64,000 nucleotides of DNA from a virus (lineage: Duplodnaviria > Caudoviricetes): IMG/VR virus record IMGVR_UViG_3300025652_000041, positions 27,904-91,903 of that record. One strand, given 5' to 3'. The first letter of the stretch is position 1. Each line of letters begins with the position of its first letter. Shown one piece after another: positions 9,052-18,004 of this stretch. Below the pieces are notes generated by a model that saw only the letters and a program-made list of their open reading frames with translations, made no database searches and had not been told where the DNA came from. Both the position numbers and the translations under genes were made by a program.

Positions 9052-9080
9052 TTGCCAACTTGTTCTGAATATGAGATAAT
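9052..9080 (+). promoter_or_regulatory. Early promoter cassette copy
   Basis: TTGCCA-17-GATAAT with TATGAGATAAT core. Confidence 0.75.
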
Positions 9081-9125
9081 GTCCTTGTTGAATTGAGTTA
9101 ACATTTTAAATAGAGAGTATATATT

Positions 9126-10091
9126 ATGAGTATGAATGACATTTTACAAATCGAGACTACTGCTTCTGTTGGTTCTTCGCCATGGGGTATCGGTGAGATT
9201 GTTTCTGGTGACCTGACTCCACGTCAAATGATGGAGAAGGCAGGTTGTAACTGGTCGGTAGAAAAGGTTCCTACCTATGCCGACTATAAAGGTGACAAGA
9301 TCCCTACTGGTATGGAAGCTCTTGTTCGTTCTTCGGACAATAAAGTTCTCACCCAAGTTGGTGGTAACTGGGAACCTTGTCAGAACGAGACTGCGTTTGA
9401 GTTCTTCAACGAATACTGCCTCGAAGGTGGTATGCAGATGGACACTGCCGGTTCTCTGAAAGGCGGCAAGATGGTCTGGGCACTTGCCAAGGTCAATGAG
9501 TCCTTCGATGTGTTGAAGGGTGATCGAGTTGATTCCTATCTTCTTTTCTCCAACCCACACGAGTACGGTAAGTCAATCGACATCCGTTTCACTCCGATCC
9601 GTGTATCGTGCATGAACACTCTTGCGTATGCTCTGAAGGGTCGTGCGATCAATGGTGCGAAGATGAATCACCGCCGTGCGTTTGATGCGAATCACGTTAA
9701 GACTACTCTTGGTCTTGCTCATGAGAAGTTCGAACAGTACAAAGAACTGTCTCAATTCCTTGCGGGTAAGCAGTTCAAGATGGAGAACTTGATTCAGTAC
9801 TACAATGAAGTATTCCCTCGTACTTACCAAGGTAAGAACCCACCACAGGTCAAAACGTATGCTGACTTAACCACTAATGGTCAGAAGGCATTCGATGTGT
9901 TGGAGACTCAGCCCGGTGCAGAGTTTGGTGTGGGTTCTTGGTGGCAAGCACTGAACAGTGTAACCTACTTGACTGACCACCAGATGGGTCGTGAAGCAGA
10001 TTCACGTATGACATCTGCATGGTTCGGTTCTAACCAAAACCGTAAACAACTTGCGGTATCAAAAGCAATTGAATTTGCGGAGGCTCTATAA
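9126..10091 (+). CDS. DUF932/DUF945-family protein
   Basis: QNETAFEFF, TAGSLKGGKMVWALA, TPIRVSCMNTL and WQALNSVT motifs. Confidence 0.8.
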   Translation: MSMNDILQIETTASVGSSPWGIGEIVSGDLTPRQMMEKAGCNWSVEKVPTYADYKGDKIPTGMEALVRSSDNKVLTQVGGNWEPCQNETAFEFFNEYCLEGGMQMDTAGSLKGGKMVWALAKVNESFDVLKGDRVDSYLLFSNPHEYGKSIDIRFTPIRVSCMNTLAYALKGRAINGAKMNHRRAFDANHVKTTLGLAHEKFEQYKELSQFLAGKQFKMENLIQYYNEVFPRTYQGKNPPQVKTYADLTTNGQKAFDVLETQPGAEFGVGSWWQALNSVTYLTDHQMGREADSRMTSAWFGSNQNRKQLAVSKAIEFAEAL

Positions 10092-10492
10092 TGTGTGGAA
10101 GTTACTCGGGAGAACATGAAATGAAACTTATTCGTAATGCGCTACAAACGCCTGATGGCACAATCATCGAGTCAATGCATCGTCATGACTACGTGACTTA
10201 TACAGATGCCAATGGTAAAGAATACATGGTCGATGGTGGTCTTGCTTATGTAAGACGGTCTATTCACGATGATCAGATTGACCTGAGTGAGTATGATGAT
10301 GCGCCTCATGAACGACAACGTGAGGTACTTACGTGGGGAACATACGGTATCAATGGCGACCAACCATTGCAGTATAAGACTATCGCAGAAATGGAAACAG
10401 GACACCTCGAAGCAGTTATTGAGATGGGTGGGGTATGTCCTATCAGACGTGCTTGTATGCAAAAAGAATTGGAGTTACGAAATGAAAATTGA
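10091..10492 (+). CDS. Hypothetical conserved phage protein
   Basis: IESMHRHDYV..MVDGGLAY motif. Confidence 0.65.
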   Translation: MCGSYSGEHEMKLIRNALQTPDGTIIESMHRHDYVTYTDANGKEYMVDGGLAYVRRSIHDDQIDLSEYDDAPHERQREVLTWGTYGINGDQPLQYKTIAEMETGHLEAVIEMGGVCPIRRACMQKELELRNEN

Positions 10493-10634
10493 AGTAGAGT
10501 TAGACCACGAAAAAACTGATGAGATTGTTATTGCGGATTTGCAACAACATATTGACAACTTAGAAGAAGACGGTGCGGACAATGAAGAATATCTTTCGGC
10601 GTTTCGTTTAGTGTTGGATTGGTACGGAGGATAA
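10482..10634 (+). CDS. Hypothetical protein, paralog of 5608-5832
   Basis: GGAG SD; shared C-terminus. Confidence 0.55.
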   Translation: MKIEVELDHEKTDEIVIADLQQHIDNLEEDGADNEEYLSAFRLVLDWYGG

Positions 10635-10907
10635 GTGATGAAACGTAAAGATCCTATATTTGATTTGGAACAACAGATAATGGAAGCTTGGGGTGTTGTT
10701 GACGATGTTGATATGATCACCACACATTTCGTAGATAGTCCGGATTGGGCTGGGCATCACTTCAGTCCCGAAGCGACTGATGCGATGATGAATAAATATT
10801 TCGCAGTCAAAGAACTGTATGCGTTAAAGTTTGAAAGATTGTTTCATACGTTTGAGGCAGTGTGTAAAGAATATCATAAACGTGGAAAGATCGATGCCGA
10901 CTTATAG
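10635..10907 (+). CDS. Hypothetical protein
   Basis: FDLEQQIMEAWGVVDD...YALKFERLF; GGAGG SD. Confidence 0.6.
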   Translation: MMKRKDPIFDLEQQIMEAWGVVDDVDMITTHFVDSPDWAGHHFSPEATDAMMNKYFAVKELYALKFERLFHTFEAVCKEYHKRGKIDADL

Positions 10908-11088
10908 TTACAAGTGTTCGAAGTGTGATGTCGTCACAGATGTCCGTATGAGTATGAGTGAAACTGAACGAGAGATGGAACTTCCGTGCACGGCCTGTGA
11001 CGAAGATACTCAACAAATTAAAGTGATTACTCAGAGTGGTGGATTCCAACTCAAGGGTAATGGATGGTTTAATAAAGGTGGATATTAA
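10894..11088 (+). CDS. FmdB-family zinc ribbon protein
   Basis: MPTYSYKCSKC...CTAC...GFQLKGNGWF. Confidence 0.8.
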   Translation: MPTYSYKCSKCDVVTDVRMSMSETEREMELPCTACDEDTQQIKVITQSGGFQLKGNGWFNKGGY

Positions 11089-11090
11089 TT

Positions 11091-11369
11091 ATGACAATGC
11101 CAAATGAAAGACGTAATGCTGTTAACCGTACTCGTATATTCTTACTTGACTTAATGGATCCTAAGAAGACACCACGTGTACCAAAATCCATAAGAAAAGA
11201 AGCGGCAAGTTGTTTGAGACATTATCCAGGCGAATACTATATGCTATTAGCTTCGGAACAGGCACCAAGAGTATTTGGTGAATGGAATAGTGGATGGCCA
11301 GACCTAGACCTAGAGAGTGACCCCGTTATGGCGGTAATAGACAAAGTTTTTGAAGAACACGGTAAGTAA
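11091..11369 (+). CDS. Hypothetical conserved phage protein
   Basis: MTMPNER..PRVPKSIR..LRHYP motif. Confidence 0.65.
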   Translation: MTMPNERRNAVNRTRIFLLDLMDPKKTPRVPKSIRKEAASCLRHYPGEYYMLLASEQAPRVFGEWNSGWPDLDLESDPVMAVIDKVFEEHGK

Positions 11370-11373
11370 AACG

Positions 11374-11694
11374 ATGAGTGATTATATACCACACAATTGG
11401 GTTGTTTTAAAAATAACTTATAGTGAAGAAACATTATATAAGGTACTCGGTGGATGGTCAGGTGGGTATCTTGATGGTGACGCTTGGCGTATGAACAGTG
11501 GTATCAACTTAGCATTTGAACACAAAGAATATATAGACTTCTATGGTCATTCGGGTAGTTGTTATCACTGTCATAGAGGAAGTTACCGCTTGACAATGGC
11601 CACCTCTGGAGTGTATAATCAAATTAAAGAACACTTTGGTGATAGAGTAGAGTTGATGCCTGAAGACACAAATTGGATGGAGATTGAGTGGTGA
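11374..11694 (+). CDS. Hypothetical conserved phage protein
   Basis: YKVLGGWSGGYLDGDAWRMNSGI motif. Confidence 0.65.
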   Translation: MSDYIPHNWVVLKITYSEETLYKVLGGWSGGYLDGDAWRMNSGINLAFEHKEYIDFYGHSGSCYHCHRGSYRLTMATSGVYNQIKEHFGDRVELMPEDTNWMEIEW

Positions 11695-12017
11695 AGATTT
11701 TTACAGTGATTGCGAATCGTTGGGGTGATGCTGAAAAACATACCTATTTTGTTGGCGTGTATGATGATGTTGTTCGTGCGTATCGTGCGGCAATCGCTGA
11801 AGAGTACTGGCGTGGTGGTAAGTATGAATGTGTCGTACACGAAAGCGAACTCAATGCCAAGAACTTCAGTGACATTCACGGCGAAAGTATAGAAGAATGG
11901 TGTGAGAAACGGTATTTCCCCGAAGGTCATTATGAGTTAGACATTATGACTCGTGTCAATCAACATTATGATTTGTATAACATTACAGCGGATGAGAATC
12001 CATTGGTGAAGAAATGA
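11688..12017 (+). CDS. Hypothetical protein
   Basis: Tiled ORF. Confidence 0.55.
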   Translation: MVKIFTVIANRWGDAEKHTYFVGVYDDVVRAYRAAIAEEYWRGGKYECVVHESELNAKNFSDIHGESIEEWCEKRYFPEGHYELDIMTRVNQHYDLYNITADENPLVKK

Positions 12018-12232
12018 GTATTCAAGTAAATAAAAGACGAGTAGTATCTAGTGAACTGAAACCGTATTGCCATCACAGTGGTGTTAACGATTACATGGAA
12101 GTCACTCAGTGGACAAATGAAGAAGGGTTTGTCATTGTCATTGAGCGCGATCAAAGACCTGAAACGTTCAGTCTTACATATGGTGAGTTTGAGTTGTTAC
12201 AAGTGTTGATGAATTACAAGGCGAGTGAGTAA
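12014..12232 (+). CDS. Hypothetical protein
   Basis: MEVTQWTNEEGF motif; coupled. Confidence 0.55.
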   Translation: MSIQVNKRRVVSSELKPYCHHSGVNDYMEVTQWTNEEGFVIVIERDQRPETFSLTYGEFELLQVLMNYKASE

Positions 12233-12561
12233 TGAATTTAACAGATAAAGAAATACTAGACTTTGTAAGAGAGAATCTAACACTAGGTAAAGATGAGAAC
12301 GGTCACTACATACTAAAAAAAGTCAGCTGCAATGTTGTAGGAGATGTTTTTGGCGATGTTTTTGGCGATGTCTACGGCGATGTCTACGGCAATGTTGTAG
12401 GCGATGTTGAAGGTGATGTTGAAGGTGATGTTGAAGGTGATGTTGTAGGCACTGTTGAAGGCACTGTTAAAGGCACTGTTTTAGGCAATGTTAAAGGCAC
12501 TGTTTTGGGCAATGTTAAAGGCAAGGTTAAAGGCAAGGTTTATGGTGGGGGACGTAAATAA
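12232..12561 (+). CDS. Tetrapeptide-repeat (G-D/N/T/K-V-x) beta-solenoid-like protein
   Basis: About 17 tandem GxVx units. Confidence 0.65.
   Translation: MNLTDKEILDFVRENLTLGKDENGHYILKKVSCNVVGDVFGDVFGDVYGDVYGNVVGDVEGDVEGDVEGDVVGTVEGTVKGTVLGNVKGTVLGNVKGKVKGKVYGGGRK
12331..12546 (+). repeat. Degenerate 12-bp tandem repeat
   Basis: GGYGATGTYNNN / GGCAMTGTTNNN units visible. Confidence 0.8.
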
Positions 12562-12727
12562 TGTTTAAATCTTTACATGTTGAATCATTTGGTGTACCGG
12601 AACATGATAAGTTCATTGATGAATTCAAAAAGGAACTACATCTTCGGATCAATGACGATATCGAACAATCACTTCATGACGAGTTGGTCAAACTTGGCTG
12701 GACTCCTCCTAAGAAAGAGAATGAGTA

Positions 12728-12952
12728 GTGAGATATAGGATAGTTGAGAAAAAGAATTGTTATAACGAATCCATCTTCTATGTTCAAGAGAAGGGTTTGT
12801 TGTGGGGGTGGAACTATGTTATGGATCTCCATGACATGATACTCACTTTTCGAACCAAAGAGTTTGCTTTGAAATCTATCAAAGAATGGTATGGTTACAA
12901 ATACAATAAGATCGTCAACATCACAGAGGTGTCGAATGAAAGACCGGATTAA
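12728..12952 (+). CDS. Hypothetical protein
   Basis: YRIVE..FYVQEKGLLWGW pattern. Confidence 0.55.
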   Translation: MRYRIVEKKNCYNESIFYVQEKGLLWGWNYVMDLHDMILTFRTKEFALKSIKEWYGYKYNKIVNITEVSNERPD

Positions 12953-13121
12953 AGAACTTGCTGTAGAGTCAAGAGATAGTTCGGGATATGAAAACTGGGA
13001 AAGGTTCGCCGAGTTGATTATTCAGGAATGTGTAGAGGTGGCATCAAGAGCAGATGATGCTAAATATGAGTATGCCGCATGGTATTTGATTGAAAAACAT
13101 TTCGAAATTAGGAGTGAATAA
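12936..13121 (+). CDS. Hypothetical protein, tandem paralog A
   Basis: MKDRIKELA..FAELIIQEC..IEKHF. Confidence 0.65.
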   Translation: MKDRIKELAVESRDSSGYENWERFAELIIQECVEVASRADDAKYEYAAWYLIEKHFEIRSE

Positions 13122-13123
13122 CT

Positions 13124-13315
13124 ATGAAAGACCGGATTAAAGAACTTGCTATAGAGTCAAGAGGTAGTTCGGGATACGGCAAACCTTTCCCATGGCGAAG
13201 CTTCGCTGAGTTGATTATTCAAGAATGTGCAGAGGTGGCATCAGGAGCAGATGATGTTAACGAGGATTATTCCGGATGGTATTTGATTGAGAAACATTTC
13301 GAAGTGGAAGAGTAA
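13124..13315 (+). CDS. Hypothetical protein, tandem paralog B
   Basis: Near-duplicate of the previous gene at DNA level. Confidence 0.65.
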   Translation: MKDRIKELAIESRGSSGYGKPFPWRSFAELIIQECAEVASGADDVNEDYSGWYLIEKHFEVEE

Positions 13316-13690
13316 ATGATAACGTATAGCACAAACTGGATGGGCCCTGTATCTACTCGTTGGTACGAAGAACGAGATATACCTTTCGAGTTGAGAATGA
13401 CTTCTGGCAAATTCATCCAGCCACCGCGTGAATACAAACACTATCTTGAATCTTATTCGTGCGGTCGTATCGACATTCGTGGTTTAGACGAAGAAGAAAA
13501 CTACAATGGGTGGGGCGAGTATAGTGTTGCTCCTATGCGTACCGAAGACTGGAATGCGTTCAGTGATTGGTTGGATGAGTTGGAAACTTACGAGATGACT
13601 ACATACGAAGAACTGATCGATCAATTCGAGCATTACAACGGGAAATCGATAAGATGGGCAACTGGATTATTAAAAGGCGAAGATGAGTAA
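13316..13690 (+). CDS. Hypothetical protein
   Basis: 124 aa tiled ORF. Confidence 0.6.
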   Translation: MITYSTNWMGPVSTRWYEERDIPFELRMTSGKFIQPPREYKHYLESYSCGRIDIRGLDEEENYNGWGEYSVAPMRTEDWNAFSDWLDELETYEMTTYEELIDQFEHYNGKSIRWATGLLKGEDE

Positions 13691-14825
13691 GATACTATGT
13701 ATAGACTTTGGTCTGTGTAACTTCCATAATGTAATATCTTTAGTTGAAGATGGTCATGAGGTTGTTATTGTCTCGGGGTTCTTTGATCTACCTGTAGAAT
13801 ATTACAGGAGTTTGGGGGTGGAAGTTCTATCCATCAATAAAGATAGCGTTCTTGATAAATGGGTGGAGTCGAATAAACCTGATATTGTAATATCAACTAA
13901 TCCGAGTCTTTCTTGCGAAAGATTCTCTGAGAATGCAGAATTTCTTGGTTTGACTAAAAGAGTCAATAAATTAGAAATTTATAAAATGAAGACTCGAAAT
14001 AATGTCAGGGGTCTTGGTATAAAGGTACCTAAGATATTAACTGGAAAGGATATAATAGCACCTTGTGTCGTCAAACCTAACATTTGTGGAATTGTGAATG
14101 ACACTGCCAGAATATGTCTTACTCAGAAACAACTGGATCGAATTGGATATGAAGATTGTTATGTCGAAGAATACATTGAAGGTGCTGTAGAGACCAATGT
14201 TGCATATATGATTGCAAAGGGTAAATGGTCTATCTTACATACCCAAGAGATACTCGGAGAAGATGTCGCCAAGGTAGCAGGAAACTTTACTCATTGGACA
14301 CGAACTTCAAGTTTCAAACATCTCTCTCCAGAGAACAATGAGATAGTCTTAAAGTGGGCAAAAAGATATCTCGACTGGGCTTCAAAGGAATGTACGGAAT
14401 CTTCGTATGTGGGTCAACTTACCGGACTGTTAAAGGATGGTGTTTGGTACTTCTGTGAGAATAATGTGCGACCAGAACAAACTAATAGTCTACCGATTTT
14501 CATATCGGGAAATGACTTCCTCGAAGCGATGCGAGGCAAACCGGAAATATTAGGAGACGCCTTTCCTAATGACGCACAGAAGATGATTGTTATGCCTGTA
14601 GAGGAGTATTCTCCATATCCATTCCATCTACATGAAAAACATAATGTATCAATTCCTTGTGGTCTTGATCTGGTCGATGGTGTATATCGAATATCTGATA
14701 CTTTCAAGCATAGGTCACGTGATAGAAGAATTGGTATAGTTATATGCGACCGTATTATACCTCAAGAGTTTGTGGATGATATTGTTTCGGATGGCAATTT
14801 CACAATCACTACTCGACTGGTCTAA
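13683..14825 (+). CDS. ATP-grasp ligase (PurD-like), paralog A
   Basis: LE..K...R, PCVVKP, YVEEYIEG, FCENNVRP motifs. Confidence 0.7.
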   Translation: MSKILCIDFGLCNFHNVISLVEDGHEVVIVSGFFDLPVEYYRSLGVEVLSINKDSVLDKWVESNKPDIVISTNPSLSCERFSENAEFLGLTKRVNKLEIYKMKTRNNVRGLGIKVPKILTGKDIIAPCVVKPNICGIVNDTARICLTQKQLDRIGYEDCYVEEYIEGAVETNVAYMIAKGKWSILHTQEILGEDVAKVAGNFTHWTRTSSFKHLSPENNEIVLKWAKRYLDWASKECTESSYVGQLTGLLKDGVWYFCENNVRPEQTNSLPIFISGNDFLEAMRGKPEILGDAFPNDAQKMIVMPVEEYSPYPFHLHEKHNVSIPCGLDLVDGVYRISDTFKHRSRDRRIGIVICDRIIPQEFVDDIVSDGNFTITTRLV

Positions 14826-15964
14826 TGAAGATACTGTGTATCGACTATGGGTTGTGTAACTTTCACAATCTCATTTCTCTTGTCGAAGATGGTCATAAAG
14901 TTTATGTCCTAACATCCGAAAAATACGAACTGTGCCCCACGACTTTATATAAAGAGTTGGGTATTCATATATTGGACATTGACCGGAAAAGTGTTTTAGA
15001 TAATTTCATAGAATCCGAGTCTATAGATTTGATGATATCGACAGATCCTACTATCGACATGATCAATTCATATCAACACAAATTAAAGTATATCGGACTG
15101 ACTCCACGATCCTCTAGGTTAGAAACCCATAAATGGATGACCAGATGTGAAGTTAAGAAGTTAGGAATAAAAGTCCCTGAGATACTTCCTCGACCTATTG
15201 CTCCCTGTGTCATAAAACCAATAGTCACCAAAAAGGGATTTGACCGAGTCAACATATGTCTGACCGAAGAAGATTTTGGAATCTTCGATGATAATACATT
15301 CTATGTTGAAGAGTATCTTACTGATACTATAGAGACTAATGTCGATTATATAATGTCTCACGGTAAATGGTCTATACTACATACCCAACAAAAGATCGGA
15401 GAAGACCTCGGAAAGATGTCGAATCGATTAATACACTGGACTTGTACTTCCAGTTTCGGGAAACTATCCAAAGATGATAATGATCTGGTATTGGATAACG
15501 CAAAGAAGTATCTGGACTGGGCATCCATACAATGTAATAGATCCTCGTACATTGGACAACTGACCGGTTTCATTAAAGATGGGGAGTGGTACTTCTGTGA
15601 GAATAATGTCAGACCTTCACAGACCAATAGTGTACCCTATTTCGTATCGGGAGATGAATGGTTGATGGCCATGTATGGTCACCCTGAGATAATAGGTGAA
15701 TCCTTTCCGGTAGATGTTAATAAGATGATCGTGATGCCAATGGAACCAGACTCACCATACCCGTTCGATCTACACCTAAAACATAATGTTGCGATACCCT
15801 GCGGACTCGATATAATCGATGATGAGTATCGTGTATCTTTGATGATGAGAGGAAAATCTACTGACAATAGGATTGGGTTGTTGATATGTGATGATAATAT
15901 CCCCCAAGGATTTGTCGATGATTTCCGCACCGATGGTAATTTTTCCATTACTACATTCATATAA
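14825..15964 (+). CDS. ATP-grasp ligase (PurD-like), paralog B
   Basis: Colinear paralog: PCVIKP, YVEEYL, FCENNVRP. Confidence 0.7.
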   Translation: MKILCIDYGLCNFHNLISLVEDGHKVYVLTSEKYELCPTTLYKELGIHILDIDRKSVLDNFIESESIDLMISTDPTIDMINSYQHKLKYIGLTPRSSRLETHKWMTRCEVKKLGIKVPEILPRPIAPCVIKPIVTKKGFDRVNICLTEEDFGIFDDNTFYVEEYLTDTIETNVDYIMSHGKWSILHTQQKIGEDLGKMSNRLIHWTCTSSFGKLSKDDNDLVLDNAKKYLDWASIQCNRSSYIGQLTGFIKDGEWYFCENNVRPSQTNSVPYFVSGDEWLMAMYGHPEIIGESFPVDVNKMIVMPMEPDSPYPFDLHLKHNVAIPCGLDIIDDEYRVSLMMRGKSTDNRIGLLICDDNIPQGFVDDFRTDGNFSITTFI

Positions 15965-16002
15965 TGAATGGTGACTATTCGTGAAATGGATGACGATAGT
16001 TG

Positions 16003-16031
16003 TTGACTTCTTGTTTTGGTTATGAGATAAT
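16003..16031 (+). promoter_or_regulatory. Early promoter cassette copy
   Basis: TTGACT-17-GATAAT plus ATTGAGTTGAGAGG. Confidence 0.8.
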
Positions 16032-16063
16032 GGCTGTACAAATTGAGTTGAGAGGGTTTTATT

Positions 16064-16186
16064 ATGCAGATTACATACAAAGGTTATTGCGCTCTGGGTG
16101 GCGCATCTAATCCAAGACTTTACTCACGAGCTGTGTATTTGGGTAAACACTATATGCACACCGCTTATTATATGATGGGACGTTAA
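16064..16186 (+). CDS. Small early protein (40 aa)
   Basis: ATG behind the cassette SD; translated manually. Confidence 0.5.
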   Translation: MQITYKGYCALGGASNPRLYSRAVYLGKHYMHTAYYMMGR

Positions 16187-16189
16187 ACC

Positions 16190-16810
16190 ATGAGAATTGC
16201 TGACTCTACTCTTTATGAGATGTATCTTGAAAAACATAAGAGAGCACAGAACAAAGGTGCACGTGTTCCTTACCACACGTTCTCTTACAAAACTAGAGAT
16301 TCTGAACGTCAAAAGACTTACAATGCAGAACACTTGTTTCAAAGACAAATCGAGAATCCCACGTTCGAGACTCTAGAAGAAGTTCAGGAATTCTCACGTA
16401 AAATCTACAAGTCTAAGACTTGGATCACGTTATGGAACAAGTCAGTTGAAGAAGACGTGGGTCGTATCTTCAATTCACAACCAGAAGTAGTACAGATGAA
16501 CTCCCGTACTAAGAAATTATCGGGTTTCACTGATGGTTCTAGTGTAACCCTATGTCCTATCACGGGTTTCAACAAGTACGTTCTACTGCACGAACTTGCT
16601 CACACTCTGGGTCATATGCACCACGGCCGTTCGTTCCGTCAATGTCTCCTGAGTCTGGTCGGTACCTTTATGGGTGCTGATGAGAAGAAGATTCTGAAGA
16701 ACGAATTTAAAAGAAAAGGTCTTGCATTTGGAGACGCTAAAAAACCAATGACTTTCGAGAATTGGGTATCACGTAAACAACGTATGGAAAATATGAGGAA
16801 AAAACTATAA
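16190..16810 (+). CDS. SprT-like/HExxH metalloprotease-domain protein
   Basis: VLLHELAH..HHGRSF. Confidence 0.7.
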   Translation: MRIADSTLYEMYLEKHKRAQNKGARVPYHTFSYKTRDSERQKTYNAEHLFQRQIENPTFETLEEVQEFSRKIYKSKTWITLWNKSVEEDVGRIFNSQPEVVQMNSRTKKLSGFTDGSSVTLCPITGFNKYVLLHELAHTLGHMHHGRSFRQCLLSLVGTFMGADEKKILKNEFKRKGLAFGDAKKPMTFENWVSRKQRMENMRKKL

Positions 16811-16998
16811 TGTCAATTGATTATATAAAAAACGGTATACCGTTTATTGTTGTAATATTAATAAGTTTCTTAATAGGTTCGATGTTTGGTTCTACTTCCG
16901 TACAGAGTTCTTGGCGACTCGATGCAGCTGCAACCGAATGTGCACAGTTTAATCCGTCCAATGGACACTTTGAATGGTTGACAAATGAAGAAAAATAA
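16810..16998 (+). CDS. Small membrane protein
   Basis: N-terminal TM segment. Confidence 0.5.
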   Translation: MSIDYIKNGIPFIVVILISFLIGSMFGSTSVQSSWRLDAAATECAQFNPSNGHFEWLTNEEK

Positions 16999-17245
16999 TG
17001 TAAAATGGTATAACCAAAACAGTATAGACTGGTACGTAAAATGGTGTGCTACCATAATCATTCTAGTCTCTGTTGTTTTTCGTAATGCTGGCTTTGAATA
17101 CCGCATGTTTGATTTGTCTTTCGGTGTAATGGGCACGATACTATGGTTATGGGTAAGTGTGTTATGGAAAGATAGAGCACTCATAATATTGAACGCGGTT
17201 ATGTTTATGTTACTTGCATCCGCACTACTAAAGGAAATTAATTAA
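16985..17245 (+). CDS. Three-TM membrane protein
   Basis: WYVKW..WLWVSVLWKDRALIILN. Confidence 0.65.
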   Translation: MKKNNVKWYNQNSIDWYVKWCATIIILVSVVFRNAGFEYRMFDLSFGVMGTILWLWVSVLWKDRALIILNAVMFMLLASALLKEIN

Positions 17246-17961
17246 TGTTTGAACATGTACCGGTCGAATTGACTGAAATGAATGCCGTGACCACTGATAC
17301 TGGTCGCAAATACAAAACCCCCGAAGGTGTCAACCTTCCCTCTATCACTACAGTCCTTTCGATTCTGTCACGTGACAGTATTGCCAAGTGGCGTAAACGT
17401 GTAGGTGAGGCAGAGGCGAATCGTGTCTCTTATCGTGCGTCTACTCGTGGTACCTCGGTTCACGAAATCTGTGAGAAGTATGTCAACAATGACCCTGATT
17501 GGGACAAGTACATGGCAATCGACCCCGACAATGGGGAAACGAAGTTGACCAAGCGTACTCCTGACCTCATCCAATCGTTTCTTGATTTGAAACCAATACT
17601 GGACGAACGTCTGACTAAGGTCTTCGCACAAGAAGCCCCACTCTACTCCAACCATCTTGGTGTTGCGGGTCGTGTGGATTGCGTGGGTATCTTTGATGGT
17701 AAACCGTCAATCATCGATTACAAAACTTCGATGAAACCCAAACGTCTCGATTGGATTAAGAACTACTTCATGCAAGAGGCTGCATATGCCATCATGTGGG
17801 AAGAACGTACTGGTCAACCTATCACTCAGTTGGTTACTATAATCTCAGTAGACCAACATGAACCTCAAGTGTTTATTGAACATCGTGACAACTGGGTTCG
17901 TCCATTAATCGACACTATTGCACAATATAATGAGGAAAATTCTACTTCCCTTTTTGTATAA
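17245..17961 (+). CDS. PD-(D/E)xK exonuclease (Cas4/RecB-like, T4-like phage type)
   Basis: PSITTVL, RGTSVH, AGRVDC, IIDYKTS, YFMQEAAY. Confidence 0.85.
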   Translation: MFEHVPVELTEMNAVTTDTGRKYKTPEGVNLPSITTVLSILSRDSIAKWRKRVGEAEANRVSYRASTRGTSVHEICEKYVNNDPDWDKYMAIDPDNGETKLTKRTPDLIQSFLDLKPILDERLTKVFAQEAPLYSNHLGVAGRVDCVGIFDGKPSIIDYKTSMKPKRLDWIKNYFMQEAAYAIMWEERTGQPITQLVTIISVDQHEPQVFIEHRDNWVRPLIDTIAQYNEENSTSLFV

Positions 17962-17964
17962 ATA
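17957..17964 (+). promoter_or_regulatory. T4-type late promoter
   Basis: TATAAATA upstream of the internal-protein block. Confidence 0.75.
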
Positions 17965-18004
17965 GTGTTATAATTTGTTTGTATTCACTTTTTAGGAAAT
18001 AGGT

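Noticed and set aside
12331-12546. Tandem repeat as a DGR variable region or replication iterons
   Set aside because: In-frame coding repeat; no reverse transcriptase or template/variable repeat pair seen
13683-15964. Calling the ATP-grasp pair purD
   Set aside because: The PurD glycine-rich substrate motifs are missing; only the generic ATP-grasp core is supported
17245-17961. Cas4-like nuclease as evidence of a CRISPR-Cas system
   Set aside because: Stand-alone PD-(D/E)xK exonucleases are common in T4-like phages; no array or other cas genes
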